Assembly: GCA_044892525.1 (NCBI GenBank)
Contig: CM097885.1
Location: 46,750,001-46,810,000 of the forward strand
DNA: 60,000 nt
DNA from: Schmidtea polychroa
Taxonomy: Eukaryota
Reading direction: 5' to 3'
Shown here: piece after piece, positions 1-24,300 of the stretch
Layout of the letters: each line of letters opens with the position of its first letter
Position numbering within the stretch: position 1 is the first letter of the stretch
Translations under genes and position numbers: made by a program
Notes under the pieces: generated by a model
Databases searched by the model: none
Told to the model about the DNA's origin: nothing
The model's input: the letters and a program-made list of their open reading frames with translations, nothing else

Positions 1-202
1 CAAGTTTACGCAAATTTACGTCTAGTCAAGACCACCACTGCATTTGTATTCTGCGTAAATCAAATATTTATTGATTTTCATCAGGCATTCATTATAAAAT
101 TTCAACGTAAGTATAATTTACAATATTAAATAACTAATTATATATTAAATAACAATATTAAATAATTACAATGTATAATAAATTTTAACTTAAAATCCTT
201 AG

Positions 203-2635
203 ATGTCTGGAATCGGAAAAAAATCAAAATTATCAGGCGCGCAAAATAAGAAAAATAGACTTCAGCGAGAAGACGCTCGACAAAAGCTATCAGGTTCTTT
301 AGATAAATTCACTATTAAAACTATTAATCCTACTACGACTGCAACGGAAGAAAATCAAGACCTGAATTTCGAAACACAAAGTTCTTCTGGTGCATCCACA
401 AACTCTACAATAGAAAACGAATCGAAAGAAAGTAATAAAACCGATTCCGATTCCGAAAAAATTGATTTTAACGATCCGGCTACTTGGCCAAAACAAATTA
501 ATATAAAATTAAGAGATTGTTTAATAGAAAATGATCCTAAGCAATTAATTTTGAAAGACTTCCCAAAAAATGAGTCTGGACGTAAATTTTCTGATAATTA
601 TTATTATCGAACTTTATCAAACGGCGAAAAAATTTGCAGGAGTTATTTGCTTTATTCGAAAACTCAAAATTCAGTATTTTGTTACTTTTGCAAATTAATG
701 TCTGACAATACTACACAACTTACTAGTGGTTGTAATGATTGGCAACACTTAAGCCACATATTAAAAGTTCACGAAACTAGTGTTGGGCACATAAAAAACA
801 GTTCAAAATATAGCGAATTGAGAATGTCACAAAAAAAAATTGTACAATTGATGCAATGCAACAACGACTCTACGAAACCGAAAAAAATTATTGGCGATCG
901 GTCGTGGAACGAATTATTCATATAATACAGTATTTATCAAGACAATGCTTGGCATTTAGAGGTTCATCTAAAAATCTTTTTCAAAACGGCAACGGAAACT
1001 TTTTGAAATTAATAGAAACCATAGCTAAATTCGATCCAATAATGTCTGAACATTTACATCGCGTTCAAACGTTTGAGAAAAAGAATATTAGTCATTATTT
1101 AGGTGATCAGATTCAAAATGAAATAATTAGCATTATACGTGATGCTATTAAGAAAAAGATTTTAGAAATGCTCCACTCTTCAAAATATTATTCAATCATT
1201 CTTGATACAACACCAGACATAAGCCATACTGAACAGTTAACCATTGTCATAAGATTTGTTTATCACAATAAATCGAGAAATGTTGCAGAAATTCGTGAGC
1301 ATTTTTTAGGATTCCAAAGTGTAACTGACACAACCGGTGTAGGTTTATTCGAGTTCATCATTAACCATTTGAAATTAATGAACATTAATATATCAGATTT
1401 ACGCGGACAGTCGTACGATAACGGAGCTAATATGCGTGGGAGACATAATGGACTTCAACAAAAAATTCTTGAAATAAATTCACGAGCTTCTTTCGTTCCA
1501 TGCGCTGCTCATTCATTAAATTTGGTAGTGAACGATGCAGCTAAAATTTCATTTGAGACGGTAAATTATTTTAGTGTGATTCAAGAACTATATAATTATT
1601 TTTCAATTAGTGTGAAACGGTGGGATGTATTAAAAAATACGTTAAAAACTTAACCCTAAAACCACTTTCTGCAACTAGATGGGAAAGTCGGATAGAAACC
1701 CTGAAACCTCTGAAAATGTATATGTCAGAAATTTATCAAGCTCTATTAGATATCACTAATGACCACACAAAAGACATGGATTCTAGAGCTCAAGCAAATA
1801 ATATAATTTCAAAAATTTGTTCTTTTAAATTTTTGTGTTCCGTCTCAATTCGGTATGATATATTGAATCTTGTCAATATTGTCAGCAAAATAATGCAAAA
1901 GCCCACATTCGATTTACAATTAGTAACAGAAAATCTTAATTCAATTTTGAACAACTTAAAAAGTCTTAGAACTGATGATAAATTTGAAGAACTTGTGACG
2001 TCTGCAATGGCTAAAGATAGAGAACTTGATATTGAGTCTGATTTCCCTGAAACTCGAAAGCGAAAAAAAAGGAAGTTATTCGATTACGAAGCATCAGATG
2101 ATACAGTGAAGGATGCAAAACATGATTTTAAAATTAACTTCTACTTCGCGATTCTGGATACCACTATATCGTCAATTTCAGAACGATTTCAACAATTGCA
2201 ACAACACAACGAAGATTTTAAAATAATACACAACATCAACCAACTAAAACAATGGGATAATGAGGATTTATTGAAACACTGCAAAGATTTGCATATAAAA
2301 TTAACCGACGGTGCAAACTTAAACGATGAAGATATTGATGGTATAGCTCTAAACGAAGAATTAAAAACCATTCAATTTTTTATAAAATCTGACTTGTCTC
2401 CTCACAAGGTTTTAAATTACATTTATAAAAATGCATTAAATGAGATCTTCCCGAATATAACTATTGTATTACGCATTTTTTAAACATTACCTGTGTCTGT
2501 TGCTTCTGGAGAAAGAAGTTTCTCTAAGTTAAAACTAATTAAAAACTATTTACGGTCTACCATGAAAGAAGAACGATTAACGGACTTATCCATAATATCT
2601 ATAGAAAGCAATATTTTGGATTCCATAGATATTAT
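203..2635 (+). pseudogene. hAT transposase (ZMYM1/DUF4371-type with TTF-like zinc finger and hATC dimerisation domain), frameshifted
   Basis: Overlapping ORFs 203-925, 856-1653 and 1620-2483 carry VFCYFCKL (TTF finger), YYSIILDTTPDISH, RGQSYDNGANM, CAAHSLNL and TRWESR. After another frameshift the frame continues LPVSVASGERSFSKLKLIKNYLRSTMKEERL to about 2635. Confidence 0.93.
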
Positions 2636-3615
2636 TGTGCCATGGTGAGTGGAGAAACCCCGAAGTAGAGATGTAAAAGTTGAGGTAAATTCCAGATAGG
2701 AGGAAGGTCTTCATTGAGTCGCAGTCAACGTAAATCCGTCGGATGAAATTTCTGGAAAGTAGCACTAAATATTACAATGAGATCTTCGGCCTTAGCAATC
2801 ACACAGATAGAATATCAGCACATGTTCATTACTACTACAGTCATGGAAATAAACAATAGAACATTATCTGAGCCAATCATTCGTTGAGAGCTTATATTCG
2901 TTAATCTTTGGAGAGATACGACAAATTCGGCACGAAATCTAAAACAAATCCATAGGTTCAATTACAAATAAAATTTCCAGCGTTGATAGAAAATTCCACG
3001 AGTAGTCACTAAATTTCCAAAAAATCCATTCATCGACGTAGACACTTGTATTAACGAAATCGCTAGACAACGAATTTACGGTAACATAAACAGTCATCTA
3101 CAGATATCATCGGATTCTCTCAGTGCTTGACACATCCAGTCGACGAATTATGAATATTGACACAGATGTAAACCCAAAATCGCTTCGACCGAATCACGAC
3201 CACGGATCGTTAATATAAACTGTTTCAGACATAACAAGTACAAACTGACACGAACTAATCAATTCTGTTTATACCAAGAGCTCCAATTTAATCAATTAAA
3301 GAGATGCATCGTAAATAGCAATAAATTCTTCATTCGAGATAAATCTATTTAGACCGATAAAAGTAACCGCTACACGCATAGTTTATATTACACAGATAAT
3401 TGCTTATCTGAAAGGATGTCATACGGTAGTCAGAGATCGACCGATTTAATTGTAAATAAACAGACTCGATAGATATTGCATAATGTGTATGGTTTTATAC
3501 CAAAATATTAAATTAGCGTCTGAATATCTATTTAATTTTCATAAAGCCATTTCAAACTTTTCTCTCATTAACCAAAATCTAATCCTTCTATCAAGTAACT
3601 GTTACTACCCTCACA
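2636..3615. mobile_element. possible solo LTR interrupting the hAT 3' end
   Basis: Abrupt switch out of hAT coding sequence at TGTG (2636). The ~980-bp non-coding, more GC-rich block ends in CACA (3615). No matching TSD found. Confidence 0.35.
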
Positions 3616-4457
3616 ATGCGCAATTTAGCTAAATCAACTGTAGAAATCTCAATAAAATTAGAATGCTAAAATTTGTAAAATTAAAACATTCTTTTTTTGA
3701 TCAAATCTCGCCCTCGACAATTTTAAATTCTAACGATGAACGTTATTTTGAATTTTGTAGGAAGTGAAGTATTTTGATAGCTTTACGAGGTAAAGGAGAG
3801 GGAACTGTTAACCAGGGGGTTGATTAGCCTTACGAACAAAATTTTCTAATAGTACCATAACATCTTCTCACTACTTTTAGACATGTGCGAACCAAACTTG
3901 CCTCCAAAAGAACCCAGATCGTATTTCTCCTGGGCGGATAAAAACGAGGATATACGCAAGCTTCATGAGTAAATCGGGCTCTTAAGAAGCGCATTGAAAT
4001 TTATGAATGCATGTGGTTCTCCCCACCACAGATGAGTCGGAGATTCAAAAGAGAGTGCGGGAGTACCCCATCAAAGACGGAACGAACGTGTTCCCCTGCA
4101 TCACCGTAATGACGAGGTGCCACAACCACTAACTAGTTGCGCGAGGCATGGATTGCATTTCTCGCCGTTGGTCGACCCAATTCTATCGGGAACGTCAAAG
4201 AAAATCGACACACCGACTACAGAAGATAAAGGGAAAATCTCCACTTCGTCACTCAATCGCAGCTTGTTTATCGCAATTATCGCGCTTGTGTGCGATTCTG
4301 GTTTGAAGTGTACTTATTAAGTACTACTTATCTATGTGTGCGCACACAGACGCGAAAAATGTATTTTTTGGAATTTTAATTGGTCGATTTTTTTTTAAAA
4401 TGTGGAAATTTTAGTTGTGATTTAAATAATTGTTTTTTCAATATATTTTGAGTTTAA

Positions 4458-4610
4458 ATGTCAGTTAATGCAATTAAAATTGACTTAGGAACAACTTACT
4501 CATGTGTTGGAATATTTCAATAAGGAAAAGTCGAGATCATTACCAATGATCAAGGAAACCGTACAAATCCAAGTTATGTTGCGTTTATAGCAGCTATTAG
4601 GTTGGTAAAT
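4458..4610 (+). pseudogene. HSP70-family N-terminal fragment
   Basis: Manual translation from ATG 4458 gives [42 protein letters not shown], the HSP70 signature 1 region, with one in-frame stop. Homology ends after about 45 codons. Confidence 0.9.
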
Positions 4611-5332
4611 AATTATTACGGCTTTTTGCAAACAAATTTTATTCAACAAAAACAATAATAACATTTAACAAAAACGCCTTTAAATGATTATTACGAAGCA
4701 TAGTCATCATCCACTTCCATTGTATTGTGAATGAGGTCAAGTGGAGTCTGATAGACGTGGTTGATATTAAATTGCCGCTTGCTGTTGTCCGGAATCTGCC
4801 ACTGTTAACGCTCAAAGTCGTCATTCCACCAATAAAAAAATTCTAATTGAGATGTTTCCCAGCAACTAATTCTTTTTCTGTCCCATCAAACACACCGCAT
4901 TGCCATCTTATAGTGGACGCCTTTCGAAATTTTTATGGATGAAATAACTGGCGAAACTCTTTCTTTTGAAGTTTTAGAAGGGTAACCACGGTGATGAATT
5001 TTTTCAGGAACGGAGTTTGTTCGTTCCGCTGCCGAAAATTTACATAACTATCACAATGCACTTTATATTAATTCTGTAATTTCCTGTATCTCACTTCACG
5101 AGCAACTGCGCAAAATAAAATTTGACAAAAATATGAATTTGTTTCCACTTGAAAAGTAACTATAGCAACAATAAAAGATAATTTTCAAAAAATCTTAAAG
5201 GAAACTCTAATTTTATAAATTTCAATATCAAGTTAAAAAAAACTGGTAATTCGCACCAAAAATCTTCCAAAACAAGAATTCAAAAATAAAATGTAAAAAT
5301 ATATTCAATACAAAATTCAAAAATAATTATGC

Positions 5333-16087
<10,755 letters not shown>

Positions 16088-16803
16088 TTTTAAATTGCAC
16101 AGTTAAATAGCGAAATATAACAATATAAATAATTTATTAAATGACATTATTATTTTAAGTTAAATTAAAAATATATTTCATTTTTTCTTATTAAAGTTAA
16201 ATTTTCTAGAAAATTACTCATTTGAAAATCACATTTGTCATTGATTATAATGTATACAATAATTATTTTGTAAAAAATTTTGAGTATTGTAAAAATTCCA
16301 ATGTCTCTCTTTGTCAATCCTGCTTTGAAGAATATCATAGGAAGCCTCAATAATTTCTATTGACTAATATTATTAATAAGCATGCATTTAGTGACATGAT
16401 CTATTTGTGCATGTAAATACTCCATTACATTTATTATAAATCAGTACTTTTAATAGACTATCATCTGAAATATATTTTAGTCATTCAAGTTTTGCAAAAT
16501 TTACAGACCCAACACCTCAGATAAATACAAAGATCGGGAAAATCAAGAAGTTTTGTCTCTCTGATCCTTAATAGGTTAGTAATTAAAATAAAGAGCAAGT
16601 GGAACTAGAGTCTTTAACAATAATAACCATGGGCGCTTTTGTTAATAGGCAAACCTAGGCAACTGCCTAGGGGCGCCAATTGAAAAAGGGCGCTTGCTAT
16701 ATAATTTTCTTTGTAATTTTTTTTTCAAAATTTTTATATATTTATTGATAATTATAATTAAATTATGTAATAGAAAATAAGAATTAAACAAGATAATACT
16801 ATT

Positions 16804-17003
16804 AATATGCATTAATATTATTTATAAGTACTACTTTGTTTTTGTTTTACTGACGGTTTTTACTAATGGGTTTTCAAATTTGCTGTATGTAAAATAAAAA
16901 TATGTAAATATGCATTAATATTATTTATAAGTACTACTTTGTTTTTGTTTTACTGACGGTTTTTACTAATGGGTTTTCAAATTTGCTGTATGTAAAATAA
17001 AAA
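16804..17003. repeat. tandem duplication, ~97-bp unit, period 103
   Basis: AATATGCATTAATATTATTTATAAGTACTACTTTG...GTAAAATAAAAA occurs twice identically inside the hAT 5' region. Confidence 0.92.
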
Positions 17004-19228
17004 GATTATAGAAGTTATAATTTTATGGTAAGCGATTTTTATATATTTTAAATATTTTTTATACAGAGGTATTGTTTTAAAATTTAGATAAAATAAATAA
17101 AATGGGAAAGCGTAAAAAAATAAAGGTTATCAAAGTAGAAAATTAGCAAAAGAAAAACAAATAAAGTTCGATAAAATCATTGAAAAAACAACTAAACTAG
17201 ATGGATTTTTAATTAAAAAACCCAAAACCATAGTTCAAGAACAGGTAAGTAATTCTGTTTCGATTGTGGAATTACATAACGAAACTACCACAGATGTCTT
17301 ATCACTTGATATTCAAACATTTAATGATTTAGAACAAAATGAACACTCTGACACAAATAATTTAGGACAAAACACTGATACGTCTACTAATTGTTCAAGA
17401 ATCGTAAATCTGTCCGAAAATCACACAAACATTCAAATAAACCTTGATCCTGCTACATGGAAACGGTGTGATGACTCTACTATTACATATTTATGTAATA
17501 AAAGTAATTCCATTAGTCAAAACATCCCTACAGATTTCTCGTCAAAAAGAAGGTTTATACCAACACAATAACAAGATATTTAAATGAAAGTGTTTTTAGA
17601 AGAAAATTGCATAATAGTGAATTTATACGTCGAAATTATCTAGTATATTCTGAAAGTAACAAATCAATTTATTTTGCTTCTTGTCGATTGTTAGGAGGTG
17701 GTGGACCAGCACTGGCAATAACAGGTTGTTCTGATTGGAACAATGTAACAGAATGTTTATCTCAGCACGAAAATACATCACAACACTGACAGTTAAAAAA
17801 AATTCTAAAGCAGTCATTATTAGGAGACTCTGAGTCAAATCTGAATGAACTATTAAATTCATAAACTCTAAAGGAAAAAAATTATTGGATTCAGGTACTC
17901 AAACGGGTTGTGTGTATTATACGAAAACTTGCTACCCGAACATTGCATTTAAGAGGAAAAACTCAAATAATTGGAAACATCAATAATGGCAATTTTTTAA
18001 TGGCCGTGGAATTAGTTGCAAAATTTTACTCGTTTTTAGCTGCGCATATTAAAAAATATGGAAATCCAGGAAAAAGAGGTACATCATATTTATCGTCAAT
18101 AGTTTTCGAAGAAATTGTAATATTGATGTCCGAAAAAGTAAAACAACAAATATTTAAGTAATTAAGAGAAGCAAAATATTAATCAATTAGTGTTGACTCC
18201 ACTCCTGACATATCACATACTGATCAAGTGGCTTTTATTATTCGATATGTAAAAGATGGAGTCCCCGAGGAACATTTTTTGAAGTTTTTGGAAAATGTAG
18301 GATATAAAGCTGAAAATATGGAGAACGAAATTATACAATTTTTAAATGAAAATAAAATTGAAATAAAAATATTTGAGAGGACAATCATATGATAAAGCTA
18401 GAAACATGCCTGGAATTTATTCAGGACTTCAATCACGAATTAAGAAATTCAATGAATTAGCTCATTTTATACCTTGTGCAGCACACTCAATGAACTTGGT
18501 TGGAAAAGTTGCGGCAGATTGTTGCCAAGATGCAGCATCCTTTTTCAATTTCTTCCAAGAATTATTAATTTCTTTTCTTCTGCAACAAGTCGTTTGCTAG
18601 TGTTACCTACTGCTTTAAGAGAGCGAACCATAAAAATCTTTCCGAAACAAGTTAGTCTTGTCGGTATGATGCACGTAAAGCTCTGTTGTGGTTCTCAAAT
18701 CTCAACTTGATAGTTCCAATATGAAATAATATTAAGAAATTAATATTATTAAAATTGTTTAAATAAACAGATGTTTTTAGATTTTTGAATTAAATCGTAT
18801 TATTCAATTCACTTCAATGGCGTCGGATGTGTATAATAGGTATACTCTAAATTATATTGCAATATCAATTTCTGAATTTTCAATTCTTATTAGAAGCTCT
18901 TCTTTTTTGGGTGTTTTGACTGAGAAATCAGTCGACTTATATATAAAATCCTTGCTGACACTCCATTTCGAATGTCAATAAACTCTTCTGTTAAAACAAA
19001 ATTTCTGTTTTAAAAATAATGTGCACTTATTGCAATAAAAAACAAAATAAACAATCCTGCATTCAATGCAGAAGAAAAACAAATAAAGCACATTGATTTC
19101 AATTAGCAGGAATTTGCCGTTCAATGTTGGTCATTAAAGAAAAAGCAACAGATAAATCAACTCTTTCTTTTCAACTTTTTCATTGGCAGGTGTTTCTCTG
19201 TTAAATTGTGCAAATGTGCAATAATGAC

Positions 19229-19414
<186 letters not shown>

Positions 19415-21344
19415 AACTCTCAGAAAATTAAAATAAGAACATATTAGTATTATTCATAACGTTAAATAAAATTGTAAATATGTTTATTTTTTAATATACG
19501 ATATCACCTAGAACCAATAAATCAATGAAAATAAAATATATAATTACATAAATAAATAAGTTGATTAATCACATCCAAATTGTTAATAATCAAATATAAG
19601 TTATTATCACGATATAATAATGTTTATCTCATTCATCACATAGATATTATTGATTATTGTCCACATGTATATTTATTCTGTATTTATTTGTTCCTATTAT
19701 ATAATATTTAAGTTTCAAAATCTTTAGTGTTCGTCCATCTTCTAACAGCTCTGTATGAAAACTGGGTGGGAATATCTGAAACTTTAAAAAAAATATCACA
19801 AGATGAAACAGTATCTTCTCAAATTAGAAACCAAGTTCAAAATATTAACAAACGAATGAATCGTCTCAAATGTGCTTTTATGATGACATTTTGGAAATCT
19901 GTTTTAGACCGTTTTAATGCCACTAGTTTAAAGTTACAATCCACTGAAAATGATTTATCGATTGTTGTTGAGCAATACAAATCATTGATCGAACTCGTAA
20001 ATTCAATGTCAAATTTATATGAAAACTATGAATCTAAAGCCAAAGAAATATCTTTTGTTAAAGTATTTGAAAGAAAACGAGGGAGAAAACAGAAAATGTT
20101 TCATGATGAAACAATTGAAGAATTGGAATTGCATAGCAATCAGAATTTTAAAACCAAAACATTTAATGTTATAATTTCATGTCTTAGTGAAGAACTGAAA
20201 AAGAGACTTGAAGCATATGAGTTAATTTACAACAATTTTGAATTTTTAAAACAATTTAAAGAAATACCAACCTATATTAATATTAGAAAATGCAGAAAAT
20301 TTATACCGGACATACAAGAACGATTTAGATGAATGTTTTATGGAAGAATGTGTGCACTTGAATCCATATTTGAAAGCTAAAGAAATTTCTAAAATTCGAT
20401 ATTAGAGCTCAGTAAATTAATATATTGCAAAAAATTAGAAACTGTTTTTCCAAATATAAATATAATCTTAAGAAGAATTTTGTGCACGCATTTAAGTAAC
20501 TGTTCTGCGGAACGCAGTTTTTCGTTATTGAAAAGATTGAAAACCTATTCAAGATCTACTGTAAAGGAACAACGCTTAAACGCTGCTATATTATCAATAG
20601 AAACAGATTTTACATCAAATATGGATTATTTGATATAAATGATGATTTTGCTTACAAAAAATCAAGGCGAAAATTTTAATGTCTTAAAAGGTAGTAAGAA
20701 AAGCAAACTTTTACTTAATTAAAGCGTCCTCCACTGACTTTTTTAGTTCTTAATAAATCAATAAATTAACAGAAACAACAGATAATTAGTTTTAATTGTA
20801 TATTTGTACTTTTTAATTTTTAATACCAATAATGGGGCGCGTTAATATATATTGCCTAAGGGTGACAAAGATACAAATGCGGCAATGATAATAACCCAAA
20901 ACTTTGATTCGAGAATAATTTTTTTTTAAAGTTATTTACAATTTTTCTTTTTTTTATTTGTTTATTCAATAAATTTTAAATTGATTGAGCTTGGTTTAAA
21001 ATTTCAATTTCAAATAATTTTTAATGTTTTTAAGCATTGTAATATTACTAATATTCAAAGGTAAAATATATGCTTTCCAATATTTTATTAAATTAAAATT
21101 ATTTTATTTTCATATTTTATTTAAAAATCTTATTTTGTTTTACAAAATTTCAAGGTTGTGAAGGACTCTTAATTTACTAACATATTTAAAAATAAAATTT
21201 TAAAATTTTATTTAAATTGTAATAATGAAATAAATTATATTTACTCGACAAGATTGTTTTGCAAGTTTTATGAGGTTAATACTTTAAGTATCAAATCACT
21301 AATATAGCAGACTATTTCATAATTTGCTATATTTTCAATTAATA

Positions 21345-24300
21345 ATGAAGACATCCAGTTCCGAGTCTGATTTTGGGGTATAATATATTTATTTTGTAAA
21401 ATAAATATCTAATATTTTTATTGACAGGATTATCTTTCAAATCTGCGAAAGAAAACTGCTGGCAAGAAGACAGATTTCCACATTGATGGTTTAAGTGATT
21501 TCAGTTTATCAGAATTATCCGATAAGAAAGACAGTAATATTCCGATTAATTCGAAATTTTTAAAAAGCACTCCTGAAAAGATACCGGTGTCTAAAACTAA
21601 ATCCAAAAATGATAAACCTAAAAAAAAGAAAAAAGAAAAAATGTCAAAAAAAATTAAAAATAAAGAAAATATTTCTAATGGAAATATTATTGATAAAAAA
21701 TTAGGCGACTTTTCAGATAGCGATATGAACTTTTCATTGTCTTTCAGTTTGAAGGAAAATAAAACAGATAAAAAAGCTTCTGATCAAGTTCCAAAACTTC
21801 AATTAAATTCCTCTAAAAAGAAAATAATTGATTCAGATAATGATGAAAGTAGTTTTGGAAAGGACGGAAATCGATTTATTAAACGTAAAAATCCCGAGCC
21901 TATCAATATATTACAACAGGAAACAGAAACAGTTAAACGAGATTTGTCTGATGGCATTTTATCCGCAAGGGATATTTCTTCTCCACGTAAATCAACTCTT
22001 CGTAGTGCCAGATCTTCTAATAGTAAAAAGGTATTTTATAGATATTATTAAAAATTATCTCTGACTACTACTCAATATAATTCTGTAATAAAGTTTATTA
22101 CATTTGCAGGGAGTGTTGTATGGGACACAGAGCAAGAGGTTCACCATGGATGACACTCATAAATAGTATAACATCATTTTTACCCTATGCCTACAAATTG
22201 ATATATATATATATATATATTAGATTTGCTCGTTGTGGTGATAGTATACATTTTAAAGCTGAAAAAGCCCTCTCGACGCTAACTTGCGTAACAGGGACTG
22301 CTAATATTATTTGGGCCACCTGAAATAGTAAAGGTGTTTGTATTTTATGTTGGTCCCAAAATTCTAAAACACTTTTTTCTTTTGCTAGCCTTGGATAATT
22401 TTCTAGGATAACTATCAATGGAAGATGTGGAATTTAAATTTTCCGAATTAATTTGAAAAAATCTTTCTTTCTTCTTTAAAACCTTTTCAAGAATATCCTC
22501 TTCTTCTGAAGAAGAACTAAAATTTTCTGTTCTTATAAAATTATCATTTTCTCTCCATTTGTAAATTTTTGAAATTTTTTATTGTTTTTAAAATTTGCCT
22601 CTTACCATTGGAAATGTCTTCAGGACTTAGCATTAATCTAAATCTGCTATCTAGATATACTGCTGCAATCAAAAGTGGATTATTAATAAAGTTTTTTTCT
22701 CTTAATAATATTCGAATATAATTCTTTGGATAATGTTTTTGTTTGGTCATTTTTTGTCAGCTCTAATTTAAAACTCAGTCAGATTCCATAAAAATCACCT
22801 AAATTCATCTTCTTGTAGTTTAAGTTTTAATCTTTTAACAGGTGCAAAAACTTCAACAAATTCTTCACAAATATTCCAAATACTATCAACATTCATTAAA
22901 TCCAAATAAAAACTTCTGTTTTGCAATAGGACTTTCATCATGTTATACGTCGAATTCCACCTAGTTGGACAGTCTAGTATGGCTTTTTTCATGTTTAGCT
23001 TCTTAGCTCAAGAAGAAATATATGGTGTTCGTAATATTTTGCAAATAGCTCTGCAATCATCTAGTATTTTCTTAAAAGCAGGACTAGATATAGTATCGAG
23101 CACTGCACACCTGAAATGAATAATATTTGGGTACGAATTTGATAAAGTTTCTGCTCCTTCTTTTTCAATATTAGTTAAAGCATTTTCTTCAGTTATGTTA
23201 TATTCAACTTCCGTTTCAAAGTTTTCATAATCGTCATTTAATAATTCAGCAGGTTTAATCATATTTTTCCCATTATCTGACGTAATTAAATAAACTTTCG
23301 GCAATTTGATGTCATAAGAATCAAGAACACTGATGATAAGATTTTTTATGTAGATTCCTGTTTTGCGATCTTGGGCATCATGCATGTTCAAAGTTCGTAG
23401 CTTTATTTTTCCGTCAAAAATATTTTGAGTATTTATTCCTACAATACATCTTCCAAGGCGAGAATCAGAATCAATTTTGATTGAAATTATTTATTTGACA
23501 TTTTTTTTGTATTTTATATTGTAGTAAGCTACTTTAAGAAAATGAGCTAGGCACCATTGACGAATACGAAAATTTTACTACTTTATTGTCCTCTTTATTT
23601 TTCTAAAAAAATTCACATAATGAATTTTTAAAATTTTTTTAATTTATGAACCCGAACCTGCATAAGTTTCTGGCTTCAACAGGGTTCGGGTTCATGGATA
23701 TATATATATATATATATATATACGTGTGTATGTGTATTTGAATGCTTGCAGCTTCCTGAGCTCGGATGTGTAAAATAGGTATACTCTAAATTATTTTGCA
23801 ATATCAATTTCTGAATTTTCAATTCTTCTTGGAAGCTCTTGATTTTCATTTAGCAAACTCTTTCCAATCCCTCATTACGTCAGAATTATTTATCATTCAT
23901 TTGCTTCATCAATAGATAGATAGATAGATAGATAGATAGAATATGATAATATATGATAGAATAGATAATATATGAACTTCAAATCTCTGTAGTAGATTTT
24001 TATTTTTATTTTTATCTACCCAGAAAGTTACAATCATAGAGACAAAACAGCAAGGCTCTTTGTCGTCATTGGATTTTGAAAATTCGAATTCTTTTGAAGA
24101 AATAAATAAGACTAAATCTATATCTGATTCTGAAATTGATCAAAATTTCTGTGGAATGAATATAATGTCATTCAATGATCTTGTTGCAGGTGTAATTATT
24201 GTAGAATCAGTTAATATTTATTTACCTTATTTAAATCAGAAGAACCCAATGAAATATCAGTTGATGAATTTATCCCGGAAAATGATTATTACCTGCCATA

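Noticed and set aside
1..40. ...GACCACCACTG, a possible hAT TIR end
   Set aside because: The partner end lies outside the window, so it cannot be verified.
16230..16627. possible small spliced minus-strand gene (..LLDFPDLCIYLRCWV..SIEIIEASYDILQSRIDKERHW..)
   Set aside because: It can be stitched with GT-AG sites, but has no recognisable motif or start codon. Such sites are common by chance in AT-rich DNA.
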